Source: a virus. Taken from it: a DNA stretch of 64,000 nucleotides. Shown here one piece after another: positions 18,671 to 26,196 of this stretch. The stretch covers positions 1 to 64,000 of IMG/VR virus record IMGVR_UViG_3300010389_000007. One strand, written 5' to 3'. Below the pieces are notes generated by a model. The model had not been told where the DNA came from. It did no database searches and worked only from the letters and a program-made list of their open reading frames with translations. Numbering within the stretch: the first letter of the stretch is position 1; every line of letters begins with the position of its first letter. The translations under genes were made by a program, and so were the position numbers.

Positions 18671-18685
18671 AATTCTCTAAAATAA

Positions 18686-18758
18686 CAGGCACAGAGGGAC
18701 TCGAACCCCCACTCAACTGCTTAGAAGGCAGTGGCATTATCCATTATGCTATGTGCCC
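18686..18758 (-). tRNA. tRNA-Arg(UCU)
   Basis: GGGCACA/TGTGCCT stem, ACTGC-CTTCTAA-GCAGT anticodon arm, GGTTCGAGTCC. Confidence 0.92.
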
Positions 18759-18786
18759 ATGGAGGGGCATCTCTGCCCCTATTTAG

Positions 18787-18933
18787 TTAGTCTGTGAGAC
18801 CTAGTTTAACCTCACAATCAAACTCATCTTCATCAGGAAGACGATAAATCAACTGATAGAAATCATCATAATCAACACCAAGATAAGATGCAAAATCTTC
18901 TAAATCATCATGCAATTTACAAGTGTCAATCAT
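18787..18933 (-). CDS. Small acidic protein (48 aa), not in ORF track
   Basis: MIDTCKLHDDLEDFASYLGVDYDDFYQLIYRLPDEDEFDCEVKLGLTD; GAGGA RBS. Confidence 0.65.
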   Translation of the reverse strand: MIDTCKLHDDLEDFASYLGVDYDDFYQLIYRLPDEDEFDCEVKLGLTD

Positions 18934-18971
18934 TGTCCTCAACTGTTGGTGAAATAATTATAGCACAGGTG

Positions 18972-19178
18972 TCAATCACCAGGCATCAAACTGTGAAGAG
19001 TTTCCTCATCATAGAGATCTAAAACCTCTGCCTTGATGTCATCTTCAGTACAATCTTTGTATGCATCAAGTAACAGATCAAATGCCATTTGGCAAAGAGT
19101 ATCCATATCCATGCCATCAATAATCATGTTGGCATAGTTCTCTTTAAGGGTAAAGAGTTGAGATTCAGAAAGTGGCAT
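18972..19178 (-). CDS. Acidic hypothetical protein
   Basis: MPLSESQLFTLKENYANMIIDGMD...; start reassigned. Confidence 0.7.
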   Translation of the reverse strand: MPLSESQLFTLKENYANMIIDGMDMDTLCQMAFDLLLDAYKDCTEDDIKAEVLDLYDEETLHSLMPGD

Positions 19179-19209
19179 GTTTTCGTATTTAAGGATTTCA
19201 GAGTAAAGG

Positions 19210-19425
19210 TCAGACATCAACTTCTGCCAGTTTCTTTTGTTTACGCAGGTCTTGGACAATCATTTGCAGTTCAACTACATCTTGTCTACACTCTTCCAAA
19301 TCTTCAACTAAGATTTCATATTGATATTCTGACTTGCATCTTTTAATTTGCTTTGCCAGTTTATCATATTTTTTCTTAGCAGTCTTGAGTTCTTTTTCAC
19401 ACTCTTGAATAGAATTGTAGTTCAT
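19210..19425 (-). CDS. Coiled-coil hypothetical protein
   Basis: 71 aa; own promoter at ~19440-19500. Confidence 0.7.
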   Translation of the reverse strand: MNYNSIQECEKELKTAKKKYDKLAKQIKRCKSEYQYEILVEDLEECRQDVVELQMIVQDLRKQKKLAEVDV

Positions 19426-19500
19426 TTGTCTTTAGATTACCTTGTAATAGTAACACAAATAATTGGAAAAGTCAAGTGATAGTGGACAGTTTGGAGATTG

Positions 19501-19683
19501 TCATGGGGTGGGATCAAAATATACTATTTCCTCTAACATTGGCAAGATTTCATACTGTAAATCATCCAGATGTTGAGGAATAATAGTTTGATCCATCATG
19601 TGCAATTTGTTCTCACGCTCTACAACTTGCTTGAGAACTTTGTATGCATTTTCTATATCACTGTAAGAATATACCATCACCAT
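19501..19683 (-). CDS. Hypothetical protein
   Basis: 60 aa ORF. Confidence 0.6.
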   Translation of the reverse strand: MVMVYSYSDIENAYKVLKQVVERENKLHMMDQTIIPQHLDDLQYEILPMLEEIVYFDPTP

Positions 19684-19958
19684 TCTCCACGCTGAACCAA
19701 GATCTTGCGAATCTCAATGTATGCAAACTTCTTGAGTTTAGGATCAGAAGTAGTATCAAATACCTGATACATTTTCTTCAGATATGCATCTGGAGTGGTA
19801 ACATTGATGACCTTTGCTTTAGTCACACCCAGACCAGAGATAGGAGAACCTGCCTTAACTTTGTTCTTACCAAAGTTACCAGAAACACGACCCTGAGTAC
19901 GAAGTTTGGGTTTGATTTTGGAGAGATTGGAGTAAGTAGTCATGTCTGATTTGATCAT
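19677..19958 (-). CDS. Basic early hypothetical protein, probably leaderless
   Basis: SKIKPKLRTQGRVSGNFGKNKVKAGS; ATG 7 nt after TATGCT. Confidence 0.75.
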   Translation of the reverse strand: MIKSDMTTYSNLSKIKPKLRTQGRVSGNFGKNKVKAGSPISGLGVTKAKVINVTTPDAYLKKMYQVFDTTSDPKLKKFAYIEIRKILVQRGEW

Positions 19959-19995
19959 GCTGTAAGCATATCACACTTAGAGGGCAAATGGGGAT

Positions 19996-20184
19996 TTACT
20001 GTGCCAGTTTGCGAATTGGTCTATCAAACTTCTCTAATTGATACCCTTCCCTCAATGCTTGAGTAATAATCACATCATAGGAATGTGATGCCAATGGAAT
20101 GTGCCTATGCAACAAATAGTCCTCACAATCCTCTGCAAGTGCTTCTTTGTATGGGTGGGACAACTTATCAAGATTGATAGTCAT
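19996..20184 (-). CDS. Hypothetical protein
   Basis: 62 aa ORF in operon. Confidence 0.65.
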   Translation of the reverse strand: MTINLDKLSHPYKEALAEDCEDYLLHRHIPLASHSYDVIITQALREGYQLEKFDRPIRKLAQ

Positions 20185-20350
20185 TGCCTTTGATTTCCTC
20201 TATTGAAGTTTGAAGTTTGTTGTACAAATTACTAAGGGTCACTTTACCAGAACTCTCCATCAATTTTTGCTCTTTCTTAGACAACAGTTGGAGTGCAGTT
20301 TGTAATGCTTCCAACTCATCAACATTAAGATTCACAAACTCTTCAGTCAT
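20168..20350 (-). CDS. Hypothetical protein
   Basis: MTEEFVNLNVDELEALQTAL...LYNKL; ATGA-coupled. Confidence 0.65.
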   Translation of the reverse strand: MTEEFVNLNVDELEALQTALQLLSKKEQKLMESSGKVTLSNLYNKLQTSIEEIKGNDYQS

Positions 20351-20556
20351 TTGACAATCTTCCAATTAGGATCATTTGTTTTATCAATCCAGAAGAAGTT
20401 CTTCCTGTTGATTGATGCAAGAAACAACTTATCTTCTGTCTCTTGTTCTACATGACACCCATGAAGTCTGTCCATCATGTTAGCAAACCTGTTCTTTGCT
20501 TTGCTAGAGATTGGTTCAACATTCACCATTTTACGTTTCACTTTAGTTGTCATCAA
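20347..20556 (-). CDS. Conserved cyanophage hypothetical protein
   Basis: VEPISSKAKNRFANMMDRLHGCHVEQ...FLASINRKNFFWI. Confidence 0.75.
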   Translation of the reverse strand: MMTTKVKRKMVNVEPISSKAKNRFANMMDRLHGCHVEQETEDKLFLASINRKNFFWIDKTNDPNWKIVK

Positions 20557-20960
20557 TTAACTCCACAAAAAGACCAGAATGGTTGATCAAGTTCTACATC
20601 ATCAAAGGTGTAGATATATTCACATCCACAACCTTTAGCATACTTAAACAGTTGCTGATGATTCTTGAAGTGCTTAGGATAGATTGTATCCTCATCAGTT
20701 TCACCCCTTTCATGATAATAAAGAGGTTGCTCTTCACGAGTATTACTATACTCATCATCCTTGAATGTAGACTCCCAGGTAGTTTTAGTCTTGAGTGAAG
20801 ACATATCACCACCATCAATAAGATCAACAACCTTACTGCGTGCCTGGTAATCTTTCTTCAAGATTTCACCATTCCACTCAGGATAACCATCCCAGTGACA
20901 ATATACACCAGAATAGGTATTGTCTTTGTGTTTGATTGAAATGAAACTACGAGTTCCCAT
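20553..20960 (-). CDS. Conserved phage hypothetical protein (YCHWDGYP family)
   Basis: MGTRSFI...VYCHWDGYPEWNGEIL...LIDGGDMSSL...EYIY. Confidence 0.8.
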   Translation of the reverse strand: MGTRSFISIKHKDNTYSGVYCHWDGYPEWNGEILKKDYQARSKVVDLIDGGDMSSLKTKTTWESTFKDDEYSNTREEQPLYYHERGETDEDTIYPKHFKNHQQLFKYAKGCGCEYIYTFDDVELDQPFWSFCGVN

Positions 20961-20980
20961 TGTTTTGTTGAATAATAAAG

Positions 20981-21124
20981 TCAGTCTTCAATCAGAATCC
21001 ATTCATCTTCATCACTCTCAGTGATGGATTCCCAATTATCTTCAAAGAGGTCAAACATTGCCTCATTAGGCACTACACAATCAAACTCATCAATTTGAAT
21101 ATCCTCAAGAAATGCAGTAGACAT
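20981..21124 (-). CDS. Very acidic small protein (47 aa), not in ORF track
   Basis: MSTAFLEDIQIDEFDCVVPNEAMFDLFEDNWESITESDEDEWILIED; early promoter with palindrome at 21184-21205. Confidence 0.65.
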   Translation of the reverse strand: MSTAFLEDIQIDEFDCVVPNEAMFDLFEDNWESITESDEDEWILIED

Positions 21125-21215
21125 GAATCTCATTTGATTACCTAGTAATCATAGCATGAGATCCCCCTGTTTGGAGATTTATTGTGACACTAGTACATGT
21201 GTCACATCAGTATAA

Positions 21216-21413
21216 TCAATCTGCCTTTTTAGTTTTTCTTTTTCTAGTTTTCTTGGGTGCTACTCCACCTTCCCATGCTTCATTTTCAGGGGTGCTAGGA
21301 TCATCTGCAATAAAGTGTCCATTCTCATCCTTTGCTCTCTTAGGAGTTTCTGTTACTTGCTCCTCAGGATCTGGCGTTGGAGTATTACCAATCAAATTAA
21401 GAAATCTGCTCAT
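21216..21413 (-). CDS. Hypothetical protein
   Basis: RAKDENGHFIADDPSTPENEAW motif; TAAATA late-promoter-like element upstream. Confidence 0.75.
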   Translation of the reverse strand: MSRFLNLIGNTPTPDPEEQVTETPKRAKDENGHFIADDPSTPENEAWEGGVAPKKTRKRKTKKAD

Positions 21414-21443
21414 TTTGCTATAGCAACTTAATTTTATTTAGAA

Positions 21444-21514
21444 TGGAGGATACCAGAGTCGAACTGGTGACTAATGCTTGCAAAGCACTCATTTTACCAC
21501 TAAACTAATCCCCC
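21444..21514 (-). tRNA. tRNA-Ala(UGC)
   Basis: GGGGGAT/ATCCTCC stem with G3:U70, anticodon loop TTTGCAA. Confidence 0.9.
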
Positions 21515-21516
21515 AA

Positions 21517-21598
21517 TGCACATGAAAGGACTTGAACCTTCATGGATTGCTCCACTGGAACCTAAACCCAGCGCGTATACCAATTCCGCCACATGTGC
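21517..21598 (-). tRNA. tRNA-Leu(UAG)
   Basis: GCACATG/CATGTGC stem, loop TTTAGGT, long variable arm. Confidence 0.92.
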
Positions 21599-21601
21599 AG
21601 A

Positions 21602-21674
21602 CTCCCCCACCTGGATTCGAACCAGGAACCAAGTGATTAACAGTCACCTACTCTGCCTGTTGAGCTATAGGGGA
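21602..21674 (-). tRNA. tRNA-Asn(GUU)
   Basis: TCCCCTA/TGGGGGA stem, loop CTGTTAA, GGTTCGAATCC. Confidence 0.92.
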
Positions 21675-21681
21675 ATGAAGT

Positions 21682-21852
21682 TTATTCAGATTGCTTACAC
21701 TCTAGCATGTATTCTACAGTGTTAGCAACATCTTCCATTGCATCTCTAAGAAATGGTCTCTGTCCTGACTCCTGACGCATTGTATCAGAATCATCACAGA
21801 GAGTCCATCTCCATTGTTGTTGAGATGTGGAATACCATAAGTTAATTTTCAT
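21682..21852 (-). CDS. Conserved cyanophage hypothetical protein inside the tRNA cluster
   Basis: MKINLWYSTSQQQWRWTL...QESGQRPFLRDAMEDVANTVEY; start reassigned to avoid overlap with tRNA-Pro. Confidence 0.75.
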   Translation of the reverse strand: MKINLWYSTSQQQWRWTLCDDSDTMRQESGQRPFLRDAMEDVANTVEYMLECKQSE

Positions 21853-21870
21853 AGTCTTGTTAATGACTAA

Positions 21871-21944
21871 TCGGAATGACAGGATTCGAACCTGCGACAT
21901 CTCGCTCCCAAAGCGAGTGCTCTACCAAACTGAGCTACATTCCG
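21871..21944 (-). tRNA. tRNA-Pro(UGG)
   Basis: CGGAATG/CATTCCG stem, loop TTTGGGA. Confidence 0.93.
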
Positions 21945-22019
21945 TGGTGGGAAATACTGGATTCGAACCAGTGACATACTGCGTGTAAAGCAGGCACTCT
22001 ACCACTGAGTTAATCTCCC
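21945..22019 (-). tRNA. tRNA-Val(UAC)
   Basis: GGGAGAT/ATTTCCC stem, loop TTTACAC, encoded CCA. Confidence 0.93.
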
Positions 22020-22021
22020 AA

Positions 22022-22107
22022 AGGAAGGTTAGGGATTCGAACCCTAGGAGGTTATTAGCCTCAGTAGTTTTCAAGACTACCACCATCAACCACTCGGTCA
22101 ACCTTCC
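22022..22107 (-). tRNA. tRNA-Ser(UGA)
   Basis: GGAAGGT/ACCTTCC stem, GTAGT-CTTGAAA-ACTAC, long variable arm. Confidence 0.92.
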
Positions 22108-22137
22108 AAGTATAAAGGGGATTGCTCCCCTTATTTA

Positions 22138-22368
22138 TCAGTTCTGAATGGGAATCAGAACCTTATTGTTTTTGAGTTTTGCAATCAGTTTGCCAACACT
22201 CTCAGCAGTACGAATTTGATCTTCAACACTCAGAGGATTGTCACATGCAAAGACATAGGACTTGTCAGGATTGCTAAGATAAGTCACACCAACTTGATTT
22301 TCATCATAGTCAAAAGAGACTTCAGAGATAGCAGAAGACTCAACATTGAGAATAACAGAAACAGACAT
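22138..22368 (-). CDS. KTSC-like domain protein
   Basis: VESSAISEVSFDY...V.Y...Y.F pattern and SVGK near the C-terminus. Confidence 0.6.
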   Translation of the reverse strand: MSVSVILNVESSAISEVSFDYDENQVGVTYLSNPDKSYVFACDNPLSVEDQIRTAESVGKLIAKLKNNKVLIPIQN

Positions 22369-22435
22369 TTGCCTTTGATTGATTACTTTGTAATGATAAC
22401 AGATCTGGAGGGAAAAGTCAAGAGGTTTGTGCCAC

Positions 22436-22588
22436 TTAGAGGAGTGTCACATCCTCCCAGTTCTCTTTGAATATAAGCATCAATGCTTTACTGTTGAATG
22501 GATTAAAGGTTGCATATTGATCACAAACAAATACAATTTGCCCCTTAAACCCATCATAATTAATACACATTTTCTCCTTAAGAATCAT
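22436..22588 (-). CDS. Small hypothetical protein (50 aa), not in ORF track
   Basis: MILKEKMCINYDGFKGQIVFVCDQYATF...LIFKENWEDVTLL. Confidence 0.6.
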   Translation of the reverse strand: MILKEKMCINYDGFKGQIVFVCDQYATFNPFNSKALMLIFKENWEDVTLL

Positions 22589-22599
22589 AGTATCAAAGA

Positions 22600-22899
22600 T
22601 CAATAGTTCCAGAAATCATCATAGTCATCTTGTGTTGCCAAAGATATGTTATGTGTGGAAATGCCTGTAGGAAGATCAGAAAGATCAATGTCTAACTTCT
22701 TATATCCCATGAGCAGTGATTTCACATCAACTGCCCTATTCATTTGCTTTTTGTGGTAATCAATCCAAGAGTCAACTTCTTCAATCAACTCATCATAAAA
22801 CTCTTGTGGAGTTGTATCATCTTCATTAAGATACTCAGAGACTAGATCTTCTAATCTCTTTTTCCTTTCAATTTTGTAGTTATCAGGATTCATTTTCAT
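22600..22899 (-). CDS. Hypothetical protein
   Basis: 99 aa ORF in operon. Confidence 0.7.
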   Translation of the reverse strand: MKMNPDNYKIERKKRLEDLVSEYLNEDDTTPQEFYDELIEEVDSWIDYHKKQMNRAVDVKSLLMGYKKLDIDLSDLPTGISTHNISLATQDDYDDFWNY

Positions 22900-23071
22900 T
22901 AGTCTTTTTCCATGATTTACGAACTCTCTTCAACTCCTTGAGTTCCATTTTGATGTTCTGATAGGCAGTTTCACTGTCAATCTTGTCTGCCATTTCCATG
23001 GCAATGATAACATCAACTCTGGTGCCAAAGTGTTTAAGAGCAGTCTCAAAATTGTCTAAATCTTCATACAT
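22883..23071 (-). CDS. Conserved cyanophage hypothetical protein
   Basis: MYEDLDNFETALKHFGTRVDVIIAMEMADKI. Confidence 0.75.
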   Translation of the reverse strand: MYEDLDNFETALKHFGTRVDVIIAMEMADKIDSETAYQNIKMELKELKRVRKSWKKTNENES

Positions 23072-23423
23072 TTTTTGATTCCTCAATGTTGTAAACTACT
23101 GGATGGATTTGGTCCATCTTAGACTCTAATCTGTTCTCTGCTTCATATAAAGCATTTGTAAGTCCAATGTTCTCATCCTGAAGAGATTTGACTTCATCAG
23201 AGAGTCTGTGGACTTCACTCTTTAACCACAGAATATCATCTAAATTGCCAACAATTCTTTCATCAAAAGACTTGATCCAATCCATAATGAAATGTTCCTC
23301 ACCTGTCAAATCATTCTTTACTTTGTAATAGTAATCTTCTTCAGGATCAGAGTCATAAGGATACAACCAATTTTGTAACTCTAAAGACCACCCCCAAAGT
23401 ATAACTCTAATAGATCTAAACAT
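23064..23423 (-). CDS. Coiled-coil hypothetical protein
   Basis: LQDENIGLTNALYEAENRL. Confidence 0.7.
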   Translation of the reverse strand: MFRSIRVILWGWSLELQNWLYPYDSDPEEDYYYKVKNDLTGEEHFIMDWIKSFDERIVGNLDDILWLKSEVHRLSDEVKSLQDENIGLTNALYEAENRLESKMDQIHPVVYNIEESKNV

Positions 23424-23602
23424 TAGATCACTCCTACTGATTTTAGATAGTTTCTATATGCTGCATACCTCTGCCATTTTGGTTGGTTTGGTACATCTAA
23501 TTGATGACATATTTCACAGTACATTAACCATTCATACCATGGAGTTGTTGGATCCAGGACATGATATGGGTACGATGTAGTAGTTGTTTGTGGGTTCATC
23601 AT
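23423..23602 (-). CDS. Small hypothetical protein (59 aa), not in ORF track
   Basis: MMNPQ...LDPTTPWYEWLMYCEICHQLDVPNQPKWQRYAAYRNYLKSVGVI; TAATG-coupled to the next gene. Confidence 0.65.
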   Translation of the reverse strand: MMNPQTTTTSYPYHVLDPTTPWYEWLMYCEICHQLDVPNQPKWQRYAAYRNYLKSVGVI

Positions 23603-23750
23603 TCCAGTGCCTAATTACTCCAGCAACAATAAAACAGTTAGTAATGAAATAAGTCAGTAAAATTACTGTCCTAATTTTTGCTACTTCGTCTGCTTCCTTG
23701 TCGCACTCGCTTGCTTTTTGTCCCAGGGATTTTGCCCACAATCTCCACAC
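23532..23750 (-). CDS. Small membrane protein (MWRLWAK family)
   Basis: GTG start; WRLWAKSLG...EADEVAKIRT...TNCFIVAGVIRHWN. Confidence 0.7.
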   Translation of the reverse strand: MWRLWAKSLGQKASECDKEADEVAKIRTVILLTYFITNCFIVAGVIRHWNDEPTNNYYIVPISCPGSNNSMV

Positions 23751-23898
23751 CTTTGGTTGAGATAGTGTATTGTTTTGGGGCAAGACTTTCTCTTTCGATG
23801 AGTTTGAAAAGATGCTCTTGACACTGGAACCAGCAGATTCTATTCTCTTCTTTAATGTCGAGACGAATTGGAAAAGATACATATGGAAATTTACTCAT
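23671..23898 (-). CDS. Hypothetical protein
   Basis: FPYVSFPIRL...CWFQCQEHL. Confidence 0.65.
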   Translation of the reverse strand: MSKFPYVSFPIRLDIKEENRICWFQCQEHLFKLIERESLAPKQYTISTKGVEIVGKIPGTKSKRVRQGSRRSSKN

Positions 23899-24055
23899 TG
23901 GTCTTCTTATTCTTTTCAGTGAAGTACACGTGAAATGTCTTATTTAAGACATCTTCACAAAGTTTGTACTCTTTTCCATTAAAGGGTACACCATGGATCT
24001 GATAATACCTAATTGCATCATGAATAATTTTTGTTTGTTCAGGTGTGAAATCCAT
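23891..24055 (-). CDS. Small hypothetical protein (54 aa), not in ORF track
   Basis: MDFTPEQTKIIHDAIRYYQIH...YKLCEDVLN. Confidence 0.65.
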   Translation of the reverse strand: MDFTPEQTKIIHDAIRYYQIHGVPFNGKEYKLCEDVLNKTFHVYFTEKNKKTNE

Positions 24056-24076
24056 TAGAATCCTTTGATAAAACCA

Positions 24077-24337
24077 TTATACAGCATCAGAATCTTTTTT
24101 GGAAAGTTCTTGTGCCAGTTTTTTTGCTGTCCTCATATACTTCCTATCCATCCACCATTTACCTATAGGAGAAGAGAGAATGACTGGATGAAATCTAATC
24201 ATCCAGAACATCCTCTCTACATTTACCCTTGCAGTTTTAGATAGAATGACAATAAATGTCCCTACATTGGGATCTATTATTACCATTCCAATTATGATAG
24301 CAAATATACTCAACCACACATACTCTACAGTCATCAA
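24077..24337 (-). CDS. Membrane hypothetical protein
   Basis: Hydrophobic N-terminus, IIDPNV...WMIRFHP. Confidence 0.7.
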   Translation of the reverse strand: MMTVEYVWLSIFAIIIGMVIIDPNVGTFIVILSKTARVNVERMFWMIRFHPVILSSPIGKWWMDRKYMRTAKKLAQELSKKDSDAV

Positions 24338-24513
24338 TGAAACTCCTCGTTCCTTCGTCTATCTAGGTACTCTAGAACTTCAGATCTCCACTCCATTAAC
24401 TCGTTGAAACACTTTTGATTGTGTGCACATTGACGCAGTGCTGGATCTGGTTTCAATACACTCTCATAGAACAATCCCAGGGCATCACGACGCTTTTCAT
24501 GTTTTTCTGACAT
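24334..24513 (-). CDS. Conserved cyanophage hypothetical protein (59 aa), not in ORF track
   Basis: MSEKHEKRRDALGLFYESVLKPDPALRQCAHNQKCFNELMEWRSEVLEYL. Confidence 0.75.
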   Translation of the reverse strand: MSEKHEKRRDALGLFYESVLKPDPALRQCAHNQKCFNELMEWRSEVLEYLDRRRNEEFH

Positions 24514-24516
24514 AGA

Positions 24517-24714
24517 CTATTCTCCAATAGGTGTGTTAAAGCAAGAGGGATCTGTTCCATCAGCAAATCTTGAGATAAACTCAACTTTCTGATATGGAGT
24601 GAGTAACTCACTGGACATTACTCCTTCCACCAACCAATCAAAGTCATCACAACTTAAGAGTAATTTTTCTGGAACTGGTTGTGCTAGTGCAAGAAGCAAT
24701 GGTAGTTGAATCAT
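24517..24714 (-). CDS. Hypothetical protein with signal-peptide-like N-terminus
   Basis: MIQLPLLLALAQ...LLSCDDFDWL...TDPSCF. Confidence 0.7.
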   Translation of the reverse strand: MIQLPLLLALAQPVPEKLLLSCDDFDWLVEGVMSSELLTPYQKVEFISRFADGTDPSCFNTPIGE

Positions 24715-24715
24715 T

Positions 24716-25750
24716 TTAGATTGTAATCCATCTACTATTATTTAATGTCCAGTTAGTAACTTCTGCAATCCTTTGTCTTACAGACATAGCAGGTTCCCAC
24801 CCAAGTTCTTTCATCTTACTACCATCAAGAGCATACCTTAGGTCATGTCCTGGACGTGAAGAATGGAAGTCAATCAACTCATACTTGAGTTCTTTTCCTT
24901 GTGCTTCTGCAATGATCTGTGCTAGTTCTAGGTTGTTAAGTTCCTCAGATCCAACAATGTTGAACTTAGGACACTTAGCACCAGTTTCATCTGGTTTGAA
25001 ACTACCTTTGTAATTCAATAGGAATAGAATTGCACTGGATACATCCTCTGCATGTATATAATGCCTGGATCCTGGAATTGTGCAACTACTGTCGCTATGA
25101 ATCGTTACAGTTTCACCATCCCTTGCTTTTTTAATACACATTGGAATGTATTTCTCAGGATGCTGTCTCTCACCAAACACATTCATTGTGTGGGTGATAT
25201 AGACAGGGAGACCATAAGTATTCTCATATGCTACAGCAAGTTCTTCACCACCTGCTTTAGTTGCACTGTATGGATTGGTAGAGTTGTACCTATCATGCTC
25301 CTTATACTTAATACCATTAGGAGCAGGACCAAATACTTCATCAGTGCTGAAGTAAATGAACCTTTCTAGGTGTGGTTGTTGAGTTCTAGCAAACTCTAGG
25401 ATGTTGCAGGTAGCAACAACATTATCCAGAACAAACTCCATTGGATATTCAATACTGCGATCCACATGTGAACCAGCAGCAAGGTGGAGAATGTAATCTA
25501 CTTTGCCAATCTCAGATCTAATAAGTGGATTAAGTTCTGCCTTTAGATCATGGAAAACAACCTTCACACGCTTACGATCCTCTGCTGTAAAGTCAGCAAG
25601 GATGTCATTCAACCTGTTCAGATTGCCACTATAATCCAGTCTGTCTAGGGTGACAATTTCCCAGTCAGTGTGTTTAAGAACATAACCAATTAGATGGTGC
25701 GCAATAAAACCTGCACCACCTGTAATAAGAGCTCTCTTTGTCATATTCAA
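24716..25750 (-). CDS. rfbB: dTDP-glucose 4,6-dehydratase (extended SDR)
   Basis: ITGGAGFI, HLAAGSHVDRSI, STDEVFG, YSATK, RPGHDLRYA. Confidence 0.9.
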   Translation of the reverse strand: MNMTKRALITGGAGFIAHHLIGYVLKHTDWEIVTLDRLDYSGNLNRLNDILADFTAEDRKRVKVVFHDLKAELNPLIRSEIGKVDYILHLAAGSHVDRSIEYPMEFVLDNVVATCNILEFARTQQPHLERFIYFSTDEVFGPAPNGIKYKEHDRYNSTNPYSATKAGGEELAVAYENTYGLPVYITHTMNVFGERQHPEKYIPMCIKKARDGETVTIHSDSSCTIPGSRHYIHAEDVSSAILFLLNYKGSFKPDETGAKCPKFNIVGSEELNNLELAQIIAEAQGKELKYELIDFHSSRPGHDLRYALDGSKMKELGWEPAMSVRQRIAEVTNWTLNNSRWITI

Positions 25751-26007
25751 TCAAGATAGTAATCTGAAGTATCCACCAATTCCCAACTTAAATCAAGATC
25801 TTCTAGGAATTGTGTCAACTCATGTTCAGTTGTAGGAAGGATCTCGTCTTCCTCTAGTGTGAATACCGCCTCACACAATGCAGGACCATATTCAGCAGGT
25901 TCAAAGTAAGTTTGTGCATGTGTTTGCACTGCATCATCAATTATGGCAGCAACATAGATGCTACCATCTTCATGCTGGTTGATAGTGTCAATGTTAATAA
26001 TGCTCAT
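25747..26007 (-). CDS. Acidic hypothetical protein
   Basis: QTYFEPAEYGPALCEA motif. Confidence 0.75.
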   Translation of the reverse strand: MSIINIDTINQHEDGSIYVAAIIDDAVQTHAQTYFEPAEYGPALCEAVFTLEEDEILPTTEHELTQFLEDLDLSWELVDTSDYYLD

Positions 26008-26011
26008 GAAA

Positions 26012-26143
26012 TCAATAACTGTACTTGGAAATCATTTGGTCCAGTTTATCCTCTCTATATTCATCTTCTGCTTCTTCTAAATTATCTTCTTCTAGTTCTT
26101 CATAGATGGTATCACCATCTTTTTCTAGAAAGATTGAAGGCAT
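26012..26143 (-). CDS. Small acidic protein (43 aa)
   Basis: MPSIFLEKDGDTIYEELEEDNLEE...; start reassigned downstream of the cobS terminator. Confidence 0.6.
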   Translation of the reverse strand: MPSIFLEKDGDTIYEELEEDNLEEAEDEYREDKLDQMISKYSY

Positions 26144-26175
26144 GGAGATAGTGAGTGCAAAGGATAATGTATTTA

Positions 26176-26196
26176 GAGGGAGATTACTCTCCCTCT
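26176..26196 (-). terminator. Stem-loop at the end of cobS
   Basis: GAGGGGAG-attac-TCTCCCCTC hairpin. Confidence 0.5.

Noticed and set aside
12412-19970. CRISPR array or integron attC array
   Set aside because: Repeats are promoter elements separated by 0.5-3 kb of genes; no constant spacers, cas operon, integrase or attC core pattern
22022-22107. Selenocysteine or suppressor tRNA
   Set aside because: The anticodon is UGA (reads the Ser codon UCA), not UCA; no sign of stop-codon recoding in the ORFs
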